From assembly GCA_030603385.1 (NCBI GenBank), contig JAUVXW010000010.1, positions 1 through 64,000 of the forward strand: a stretch of 64,000 nt of DNA, written 5' to 3'. The stretch is from Promethearchaeota archaeon. GTDB lineage: Archaea > Asgardarchaeota > Lokiarchaeia > Sigyniarchaeales > SOKP01. The notes below the pieces were generated by a model, which was not told the origin of the DNA, searched no databases, and worked only from the letters and a program-made list of their open reading frames with translations. Position numbers and translations under genes: made by a program. Shown here one piece after another: positions 50,001 through 58,434 of this stretch (position 1 is its first letter; the number at the start of each line of letters is the position of its first letter).

Positions 50001-50474
50001 TTACCTTCTCCTTCTTCCTCTTTTTATTGCTGAAAATTCAAGAATAATTCCTAATAGGGCTTCAGTGTCCATATATACATATTTTAATCCCACTATTTTA
50101 CCACTTTGTGAAACATCAATGCCCTCTTCCTTAAATTTGTCAATAATTGCTTGGAGATCACTAACGTCATAGCGAACATGATGTAAACCTTCCTTTCCCT
50201 GATCTAAAAACTCTTTGTGAATACATTCTCCACTTTCATATTGTATTAATTCAACCTCAACGTTTTCAAAAAGCCGGCTAAATGCTCCATACGCAGTCCA
50301 TTTTGTCTCCTTCCCGTGATAATTTATTTCCATTTCAAGAGGACCAAGTATATTGAATTTGGAGATTCCAAAGAAAGTTTCCATTATTTTTGCTTGTTTT
50401 TTAATATCCTTATACACATAACCCAATTGGTCTACTTTAAAATTACTCAAATCAATAGGTATATTATTTTCCAT
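50001..50474 (-). CDS. VOC/glyoxalase family protein (methylmalonyl-CoA epimerase-like)
   Basis: Motifs DQLGYVYKDI, EVELIQ, GLHHV and YMDT..ILEF. Confidence 0.85.
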   Translation of the reverse strand: MENNIPIDLSNFKVDQLGYVYKDIKKQAKIMETFFGISKFNILGPLEMEINYHGKETKWTAYGAFSRLFENVEVELIQYESGECIHKEFLDQGKEGLHHVRYDVSDLQAIIDKFKEEGIDVSQSGKIVGLKYVYMDTEALLGIILEFSAIKRGRRRR

Positions 50475-50585
50475 ATTAAATCAAAATAAAATTTAGTTTG
50501 TTATACATATTGATATTAATGCTATTTATAGATTTACTATCTCCTATTCATGAAAGAAGATAATCTAAAAAAAAAAGATTTGAAT

Positions 50586-50879
50586 TTAGTCTATATCTCC
50601 AAATTTCAAATCAAAATTAAAATATTTCCTAACTGGTTTTTTCACATTCCAAACGCATTTTAATCCTTTTTCAAATTGAACTAGATCGCCCTTAGAAAAT
50701 TGAATCTTCTCATTTGTTTCTGGATCAGTTACTTCTACTTCACCTTCAAGTATATAACACGTTTCTGTATCCCCATAAGACCAATCAAATTCACTCACTT
50801 CCTTGCTCCAAGTACCCCATGATTCTACTTCTAATCTTTTCAAATCAGCTTCTGTAGGTATTTTCTTTTTCATTTTCAT
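50586..50879 (-). CDS. Cupin (DUF861) protein
   Basis: W..W.KEVSEFDWSY...ETCYILEGEV...GDLV.F.KG..C.W.V...VRKY. Confidence 0.9.
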   Translation of the reverse strand: MKMKKKIPTEADLKRLEVESWGTWSKEVSEFDWSYGDTETCYILEGEVEVTDPETNEKIQFSKGDLVQFEKGLKCVWNVKKPVRKYFNFDLKFGDID

Positions 50880-51160
50880 TTTTAAATCACATTTTTAAAA
50901 GAGACTGGTAGAAAATATTATTCCTATATTAATAAAATTTATTTTGAAATTGTTTATTATTGAATTATATTTAGAAAAAAGGATAAAAATCAAAAATAAA
51001 AGAATATTTTTAAAATTAATTTTTAAATTTTCGATTAACTAAAGAATATTAATTCGTAAAGAGATTATAATTATAATAAAAAAAGTTTAATCTATTCAAG
51101 AACCTCTAAAAGATTAACTTTTTAAAAATTTCGTCCAACAAATAAAGAGAGATTGTAAGA

Positions 51161-51682
51161 ATGCCACAGAAGTTCATACTAAAAATCTTAACAGCCGGGG
51201 AAGGGGGAGTTGGAAAAACAACGCTCCTACATAGGTATGTGGAGGGGAAATTCTCAGCAGATACTCGAATGACGATAGGTGTCGAATTTTTTTTGAAAGA
51301 GACGGAGATCAATGGGAATCAATGCACCCTGCAGCTCTGGGATTTTGGAAGTCAAGAAAGGTTTAGATTTTTGCTTGAAAGCTATGTTCTAGGTGCAAAA
51401 GGTGCAATGCTTATGTTCGACCTCACACGTATGTCATCACTTGGAAACCTTGAACAGTGGCTTAACATCGTTCGCAAGGGAGATCCAAATCTTCCAATTC
51501 TTTTCCTTGGTACTAAATTAGATTTGGAGGATGAAATTCAAGTAGATGATGATTATGCCCAGTCATTTCTTAATGAATACAATTTAATTGACTTTCTTAA
51601 AATCTCATCAAAAACGGGTGAAAATGTAAGTCAAGCATTTGAATTATTAACACAAAAAATCTTAGAGCGACAGACTTATTGA
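51161..51682 (+). CDS. Rab-like small GTPase with a variant G3 motif (WDFGSQ)
   Basis: Motifs GEGGVGKT, MTIGVEF, WDFGSQERF, TKLD and ISSK. Confidence 0.93.
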   Translation: MPQKFILKILTAGEGGVGKTTLLHRYVEGKFSADTRMTIGVEFFLKETEINGNQCTLQLWDFGSQERFRFLLESYVLGAKGAMLMFDLTRMSSLGNLEQWLNIVRKGDPNLPILFLGTKLDLEDEIQVDDDYAQSFLNEYNLIDFLKISSKTGENVSQAFELLTQKILERQTY

Positions 51683-52122
51683 AGTCTAATATTAACCTAA
51701 TAGTAATTGATTCAAATTTCATTTTACTTCCTTTTCAGTTTAAAATTGATTATTTAAATGAGATAAGGAATAATTTAGAAGGAAACCTTAAGTTTGTAAT
51801 TTTTCAACAAATTCTTAATGAACTTGAAGCAAAAAAGAAAAGGGAACCGAAATCAACAAAATTCATAAGGTTACTTAATTCTGGGTTATTGTATTTAGAA
51901 AAAAATAAAGGAAAGTATGAGATTGATATTGTTGACGATATCAAACAAGAAAACGAAACAACAGATGATTATTTACTTAGAAAAATAACTGAACTAAGGG
52001 AAGAATTTCAAACAGTTTTTCTTGCCACAAACGATTCTGAATTACGTAGGAAAGCAAGACTTTCAAGTATAAATACTATTTTTCTTCGACAAAAAAAATA
52101 CTTATCAATAGAAAGAGTTTAA
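51679..52122 (+). CDS. PIN-domain nuclease (Fcf1/Utp24-like)
   Basis: Motifs IDSNF, NELE, TDD, LATNDSELR and FLRQKK. Confidence 0.85.
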   Translation: MKSNINLIVIDSNFILLPFQFKIDYLNEIRNNLEGNLKFVIFQQILNELEAKKKREPKSTKFIRLLNSGLLYLEKNKGKYEIDIVDDIKQENETTDDYLLRKITELREEFQTVFLATNDSELRRKARLSSINTIFLRQKKYLSIERV

Positions 52123-52276
52123 TAAAGTATTTAAGAAAAAATACTACACAAAAATTTTAATCTAAATTCTTTATATATTAATAAAACAATTTATAATATT
52201 TTAATCCCAGAATAATCCATTTATTAAATTTTAAATATTAAATAATTGCATTAAATCGTTAATATGGTGGTATAGG

Positions 52277-52786
52277 ATGTCCAAACTTCTTAAAATAATA
52301 ACAGCCGGAGATGGAGGTGTAGGAAAAACAACACTCCTTTATCGATATGTGGAGAATAGATTCCTAGCAAACACCGCTATGACTCTAGGTGTAGAATTTT
52401 TCATCAAGGAAACTTATATTAAAGGAGAAACAATTAATTTACAAGTTTGGGATTTTGGTGGACAAGATCATTTCAGACCTTTATTAAAAGATTATTCTGT
52501 CGGTGCTAAAGGTGCTCTTTTACTTTTTGACCTTACGAGACCATCAAGCTTAGAAAATATTGAACAATGGGTTAATATTTGTAGAGGTGAAAATCCAGGA
52601 ATCCCGATAATTTTCTTAGGTACTAAATGGGATTTGACTGAATCAATTACTGTCGATGATAAATATGCGCGGAGTTTTCCAAAGGAGTATGGCTTTTTTA
52701 AATATTTAAAAATTTCTTCGAAAACTGGCGCAAACGTGAATTTGGCGTTTAGATTATTAGCAAAAGAAATTATTAAAAATCTTTAG
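52277..52786 (+). CDS. Rab-like small GTPase
   Basis: Motifs GDGGVGKT, MTLGVEF, WDFGGQ, TKWD and ISSK. Confidence 0.93.
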   Translation: MSKLLKIITAGDGGVGKTTLLYRYVENRFLANTAMTLGVEFFIKETYIKGETINLQVWDFGGQDHFRPLLKDYSVGAKGALLLFDLTRPSSLENIEQWVNICRGENPGIPIIFLGTKWDLTESITVDDKYARSFPKEYGFFKYLKISSKTGANVNLAFRLLAKEIIKNL

Positions 52787-52802
52787 GAATTTATTTTTAT
52801 AT

Positions 52803-53999
52803 TTAAAGCCGATTTATCAAAATTGTTTTTATATCCTTTTTGTTTAAATTAACAGGGTTATTTTTTAATCCCGCTTTTTCTACGATTTTTTCTATATCTT
52901 TAATATTTATACCATATTTACCTAGTCGTTCCAGTTTTAAGTCTTGAGTCCATCCATCAAGAGTATAGCCTAAAATTGAACAATATTCATCAATTTTTCC
53001 TTGTTCTACAAATTTATTACCTAATAATAATACTCCAATATCTGCATATTTTCTTAGCCCTTCTTTTCCACTAGAGCCCAGCTCTTGTAGTTTTTCTATA
53101 TTTATTTTTGTAGCTTCTGCTAAAAGGGTACCACATATAACACCATGAGGAATATCGAATAATCCCCCAATAGGTCCAGCCAATCCATGGACAATTCCTA
53201 ATCCCGCATTTGCTAGAGTAATTCCAGACATAAGTGATGCATACGCCATTGCAGTTCGAACTTCGATATTAGATGCTCCACTTGAACATGCCGATAATAA
53301 ATTTTTATTTATATATTTCATACCACTAAAAGCTAAAGTATCTGTCATTGGGCTCCCTTTAGGTGATACATAGGCTTCGAGTAATTGAGTAAAAGCGTCC
53401 ATTCCACATGCTGCTGAAATTGATGAAGGACACGGAATCATAAGCTCCGGATCTATTAGTGCAACATTGGGAATTAAATTATCATGTCGTAAGGATTTTT
53501 TGAAGCCTTTAGGTCCAATCTCGCTAATGACTGCATTCTTGGTAGCCTCGCTTCCAGTACCAGAAGTTGTTGGAATTGCAATATAAGGAATTTTTTTCCC
53601 ATCATGAGTTTTACTACCAACGCCTTCTAAATAGTTTTTAATCGAATCTTCTTTTGGAATCATTGCTGAGATTGCTTTACCTGCATCAGTGACACTGCCA
53701 CCACCTATACCAACCACCAATTCAATATTTTTCTTCCGAAACTTCGTTGCAACTTCATCAATAATCGTTGGGGCTGGTTCATTAGAAATGGATATTAGTG
53801 AATAATTGAAAGATTTACTCTCTAAATTGGATGTAATTTCTTCCCATTTGCCAGATTTTTTTAGTGAATTCTCACCAATTACAAAAAGGATATTTTTTCC
53901 GAATTTTGGAATAATACCATATAGTTCATTTAACTTTCCAGCGCCAAAAATTATATTGGGAATTCTTGCAAAACTAAAAGAGGGGATCATTTCTTTCAC
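52803..53999 (-). CDS. Iron-containing alcohol dehydrogenase (probable start ATG 53990)
   Basis: Motifs GGGSVTDAGK, PTTSGTGSE, DAFTQ, GIVHG and PHG. Confidence 0.93.
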   Translation of the reverse strand: MKEMIPSFSFARIPNIIFGAGKLNELYGIIPKFGKNILFVIGENSLKKSGKWEEITSNLESKSFNYSLISISNEPAPTIIDEVATKFRKKNIELVVGIGGGSVTDAGKAISAMIPKEDSIKNYLEGVGSKTHDGKKIPYIAIPTTSGTGSEATKNAVISEIGPKGFKKSLRHDNLIPNVALIDPELMIPCPSSISAACGMDAFTQLLEAYVSPKGSPMTDTLAFSGMKYINKNLLSACSSGASNIEVRTAMAYASLMSGITLANAGLGIVHGLAGPIGGLFDIPHGVICGTLLAEATKINIEKLQELGSSGKEGLRKYADIGVLLLGNKFVEQGKIDEYCSILGYTLDGWTQDLKLERLGKYGINIKDIEKIVEKAGLKNNPVNLNKKDIKTILINRL

Positions 54000-54127
54000 C
54001 TTTTCTATTTTTCCAAAGTCGCGAAATTTATTATAATAAACTATGAATCTCTTTATAATAGGTAAGATTTATAATTTACTCTAGATAATTTTTTTTATGA
54101 CACTATTTACTCCATTGGTGATTTACA

Positions 54128-54463
54128 ATTAAAAAAGTTCATGAAACAGATTTTGAATATAGAGGTGGAGAATCTGGAGTAAAATATCTTATGCGGGGGC
54201 CCTCGATAGACTGGGGGATTATATTACTCAAACCCGGGGAATTGATGGGTGATAAAGCACATGGACATAAGATAATAGATGAAACATTTTACTTCGTTGA
54301 AGGGGATGGAATAATGATTATTGATGATAAGGAGTATCCCGCACCACAAGGGAGTGTGTTTTTATGCGAAGTTGAGGAAATGCATAATATTAGAAATGAT
54401 TCGGATAAACCTATAAAAATAATTTTTATTAAGGGAGAATATAAACCTGAAGATAAAATTTGA
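54128..54463 (+). CDS. Cupin protein, probably starting at ATT 54128 rather than ATG 54191
   Basis: HGH...ETFYFVEG...HNIRN; the frame extends upstream as IKKVHETDFEYRGGESGVKYL, with GGTGA 6 nt before the ATT. Confidence 0.8.
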   Translation: MKKVHETDFEYRGGESGVKYLMRGPSIDWGIILLKPGELMGDKAHGHKIIDETFYFVEGDGIMIIDDKEYPAPQGSVFLCEVEEMHNIRNDSDKPIKIIFIKGEYKPEDKI

Positions 54464-54505
54464 ATTTAAATTTCCAAATTAAAAATAATATATTAAAGAA
54501 TAATT

Positions 54506-54901
54506 ATGGCAAAAAAAAAAGGGAAACCAGCAAAAAGAGGAAAAGGAGGAAGAGGAGGAAAAGGATATGGAGCACCCGTTATAACAAGAGTTAAATTCCC
54601 GAGTAAAAGACTAGGTGAAATGTTCGCAATCGTTGTAGAAATCCTCGGTGGGGAGAGAATGCGAGTGTTTTGTGAAGACGGAAAGCATAGGATAGGTAGA
54701 ATTCGTGGTAAAATAAAAAAGCGAGTATGGGTTAGGCGTGGAGACTTAGTAATTGCAAATCCGTGGGAATGGGAGACTGAAGTTCAAGGTAAATTAGGTA
54801 AGTGCGAAATTTCATGGAGATATACAAGAGCAGAAATCTCTTGGCTTGAGCGTAATAGAAAGATTCCTCAGATATTAGATATTGATAATATTTCATTTTA
54901 G
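54506..54901 (+). CDS. eif1a: Translation initiation factor aIF1A
   Basis: GEMFAIVVEILGG...CEDGK.R.GRIRGKIKKRVWVRRGDLV...WRYT. Confidence 0.95.
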   Translation: MAKKKGKPAKRGKGGRGGKGYGAPVITRVKFPSKRLGEMFAIVVEILGGERMRVFCEDGKHRIGRIRGKIKKRVWVRRGDLVIANPWEWETEVQGKLGKCEISWRYTRAEISWLERNRKIPQILDIDNISF

Positions 54902-55084
54902 TTGACACTAATGTCTTTATAGAACAATTAGTTTAAAATTCTGCTTGCACAAGGTTCAAATGTCTAATAATGAGAAACTCGTTGAAAGCAAAATTTTATA
55001 ATTTAGTAATCCCATATTAGCATATACTAATTTTTCTTTATAATTTATTAAAAACCTAAATTCAAATGAGATTCGTGAAAAGAA

Positions 55085-55843
55085 TTGCCAGACCAAAGTG
55101 AAGAATTAAAAGAAAATGGTAATAAGGAACTTAAGATAGATGAAAGTTACTCAATGGAATCATTTGAAGATAAAGAAGAACTCACTACGTTATTCGCAGT
55201 CCGAACCACGATCAATCAAGAAAGCAATATTTTAAAGCAGATTTTTTATCGATTTAAGATCTTAGATGTAATACCTGATATCAGAGCTATGCTTGTTTCT
55301 CCTTTATTACCAGGGTATATATTCTTTGAGGCACCTCAGAAGCGTGATGTACAGATAGGTATTCAAGGTATTCCTCATATAAAAGGAAGAATCGTACAGA
55401 ATATTAAATTAATCGAACTTAAACATGTATTATTACCAAGGAGTGTAACAGAATATTTAGAAGGGGGAGATACTGTTGAAATAATAAGTGGAGTATTTGA
55501 AGGTGCAAGAGCACTTGTAATGCGTATGCCTCACGACTCGAGTGCAAGTGAAGAAGTCGTTGTCCGACTATTACAAGAAGAAACCCCTATAACTATCAAA
55601 ATTCATGGAGATTACCTAAAATTAGTGGAAAAGAAGAAACGTGTAGAAGCACCAGTACCTGAAATAAAAGTTTCAGCGGAAATTATAACCGATATAGGAA
55701 CATCGATTACTTTCGAGGAAGAATTTGATGAATTTGAGGAAGAATTTTCTGAAAGCTACAAAAGCGACGAAGTTGAAGAATATACCGATGATGAAGATGA
55801 GGCTGAAGAGGAAGATGAATGGGCTAAATTTGATGGATTTTAA
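55085..55843 (+). CDS. spt5: Transcription elongation factor Spt5 with acidic N- and C-terminal extensions
   Basis: NGN domain (FAVRTTINQE, LPGYIFFEA), KOW domain (GDTVEIISGVFEG) and a D/E-rich tail. Confidence 0.9.
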   Translation: MPDQSEELKENGNKELKIDESYSMESFEDKEELTTLFAVRTTINQESNILKQIFYRFKILDVIPDIRAMLVSPLLPGYIFFEAPQKRDVQIGIQGIPHIKGRIVQNIKLIELKHVLLPRSVTEYLEGGDTVEIISGVFEGARALVMRMPHDSSASEEVVVRLLQEETPITIKIHGDYLKLVEKKKRVEAPVPEIKVSAEIITDIGTSITFEEEFDEFEEEFSESYKSDEVEEYTDDEDEAEEEDEWAKFDGF

Positions 55844-56076
55844 TAAAGAAATATTTTAAGCTTGGCAATATCCGATGAAGAAAATCACAAATATAGTTTA
55901 AAATTCAATTAAAAAATCTTTCTCGATTATTTTTATAGGACTTAATTAACCTTTTTACAAATGTGTGTTGCGTTTACCTTAAGAAACTGATTAATAAGAG
56001 GATTTTTATATCTAAACTTTTATTACAAAAATATTAAGGCTATTTAAATTATTTATCGTCGAATCTATTGAGTTAA

Positions 56077-56829
56077 ATGATCAAAAATATCTTCATAATG
56101 AAAGGGAACACAGGCGAATTAATCTTTTATAAGGCTTACGAAGATGTTTTCAACGTAAAATTAACGAGCAGTTTTCTAAGTGCGATTTTTTCATTTGTAA
56201 AACAAACTCTAAAAACTGAAGAATTATCTGAAATAGAAGTAGGTCTTTTTCGATTTATTTTCGAAATTGAAAAAATAAAGCAGGATGAACTACTTTTTGC
56301 TTTATTTAGCGATAGAACAGATAATTTAGTTGAACTTAGAAATCAATTAAGAGAAATTAAAAATCAATTCCTTAATAAATTTGATTTAAATTTATTGACT
56401 GATAACTACGATGGCGAAATTTCTAAATTCTTAGATTTCGAAAAGAATATTGATAGCATAATGGAAAAGGGAAATCAACTGGTTTCAGATGATATTAAAA
56501 ATGATTTATTAAATATCTTTAATGAGTTGCATACATTTTCTTCTTTTGTTGTATCTTCTGCATTATTAACTCAAACTGGAAGAGTAATTGTATCTAATTT
56601 AGAGCAAGATATACTTCAAGAAATAGTTAGACTCTTAGAGGGAAGATTTCTTTCTGGAAACTATAGAGTAAATGAACTTATCTCTCTAGAGAAATTTGGG
56701 GTGCTCTCATTAATGGGAATTGATAAACATTTTATCTCGGTTATTTTATTTAAAAGTAATTGCCCATTTGAAACTGGCCTTGTAATCTCAAAACGGTTTT
56801 CAAATAGATTACAGAAGTTAATTTGTTGA
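56077..56829 (+). CDS. Longin + roadblock two-domain protein
   Basis: N-half IFIM..TGELIF...SSFLSAIFSF...LSEIEV (longin); C-half SSALLTQTGRVIVSNL (roadblock). Confidence 0.7.
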   Translation: MIKNIFIMKGNTGELIFYKAYEDVFNVKLTSSFLSAIFSFVKQTLKTEELSEIEVGLFRFIFEIEKIKQDELLFALFSDRTDNLVELRNQLREIKNQFLNKFDLNLLTDNYDGEISKFLDFEKNIDSIMEKGNQLVSDDIKNDLLNIFNELHTFSSFVVSSALLTQTGRVIVSNLEQDILQEIVRLLEGRFLSGNYRVNELISLEKFGVLSLMGIDKHFISVILFKSNCPFETGLVISKRFSNRLQKLIC

Positions 56830-57025
56830 ATATTTTGAGTTTTTATGTTCGAAAAACGTATATTATTAACGATTTCATAAATACTTTTTTAACGAATCTC
56901 ATATCTTTTTGCAAAAATTAAAAAGTAATTTTACTTTTTTCACTATTGAAGTAATTATTTCATTAATAAAATTATTATTTATAAAAATTGATATTTCTTA
57001 ATTTAATTAATTAGTGGTTTAATTT

Positions 57026-58309
57026 ATGTCTAGATATATGAACCAAGTTATAAATGACGAAATTCTTGAAAAACTTAACCTGAAGAATCGATATAATTTC
57101 TTAAATAACAATTTAATGGCTATTCTAACACCAGGACAGTTCTCATATCTTAAAAAAGTTCAAAAATTTTGTATGAGGTTCGAAAAGAAGAATAATATTA
57201 CTCACGGGCCAGAAGAAGATGTATATGATTGGATTCCGGCATTCGGGGCTGAAGGATATGTAACGAGAGCCCATAACTTCGAGATAGTTGATGTAAACTA
57301 TGATTACTATGGTGCGGTGGCTGATTTTCTCAGATATTTAGCAATTGATATGTTTGATACTCAATTCGCAATGGGAAGCGGTGCAACAGCTTTAGCTATA
57401 AATCCAATAGTTGATCACCATGAAAATATTCCAGAGAGACTTGAAGCTTTAAAAGATTTGGTGACAGGAGAGGCCTGTGGATGCATATGTATAACAGAAC
57501 CAGAAAGAGGCTCAGATGCTGTCCATCAATTGACATTATGTGATGAACAGGAAGATGGAAGTTTTATTCTCAATGGTGAGAAGGTTTTTAACACCAATGC
57601 ACCCAAATCTAAATGGGCTGTAGCATATGCCACTGCTGAAAAAAATAATGGAAATCTCATGGCACAATTTTTAATTAATACAAATTGGGAAGGCTGGAAC
57701 TGTGAAAGAGTAAACATCCCATGGACACCTAAACTATATTTAGGACACGAGCATTTTGTGAACTTAAGAGTACCAAAAGAATATGTACTAGGTGGAATAG
57801 GTAAAGGTAGAGAACATTTATTCGAAGGTTTAGTCCTTGAAAGAATAGGGATTGCGTGTGGAGCTATATCCCAATGTTGGGGTGCTGTGACCCATGCTGC
57901 TATTTATGCTAATATGAGAAAGCAGTTTGATCAAGAGATTCTCAAATTCCAAGGTGTAGGATTCCTACTAACTGATCTTTGGGCACGAACAACTAACGTG
58001 ACTCTAGGTATATTAAAATTCTGCGAAGAATATGATAACAAGATGGAGAAATTTGGTGGTGAGATCCCCTCAAATATTAGCAGAGCAATGGTTGCAAGCG
58101 CTTCTCAATTTAAATATCATTGTACAAAACTTTCAAAAGAAGTATGTTATGAAGCCGCCAATCTAATGGGTGGCGCTGGGCTAAGTGACAATACAATGAT
58201 GCATGATTATATAAACATCTCAAGAATACAAGAGATTCTTGGAGGCAGTAGGCAAATACAGCAATATATTATGAGTCTAGCCTTAAGACAATTGTTTAAG
58301 ATGCTTTAA
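57026..58309 (+). CDS. Acyl-CoA dehydrogenase
   Basis: ITEPERGSDA, LNGEKVFNTN, LERIGIA, RKQFDQ, MGGAG and EILGGS. Confidence 0.92.
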   Translation: MSRYMNQVINDEILEKLNLKNRYNFLNNNLMAILTPGQFSYLKKVQKFCMRFEKKNNITHGPEEDVYDWIPAFGAEGYVTRAHNFEIVDVNYDYYGAVADFLRYLAIDMFDTQFAMGSGATALAINPIVDHHENIPERLEALKDLVTGEACGCICITEPERGSDAVHQLTLCDEQEDGSFILNGEKVFNTNAPKSKWAVAYATAEKNNGNLMAQFLINTNWEGWNCERVNIPWTPKLYLGHEHFVNLRVPKEYVLGGIGKGREHLFEGLVLERIGIACGAISQCWGAVTHAAIYANMRKQFDQEILKFQGVGFLLTDLWARTTNVTLGILKFCEEYDNKMEKFGGEIPSNISRAMVASASQFKYHCTKLSKEVCYEAANLMGGAGLSDNTMMHDYINISRIQEILGGSRQIQQYIMSLALRQLFKML

Positions 58310-58434
58310 AATCCATTTTTTCATATTTTTTTCTTTTTTAAGTTGTTACTTTGAAATGAAATTATAACTCCTTTTAATTCATTTAATATTAATATAGAAT
58401 AATTTAGTTTTATCATTATACAATAATAGATGAA

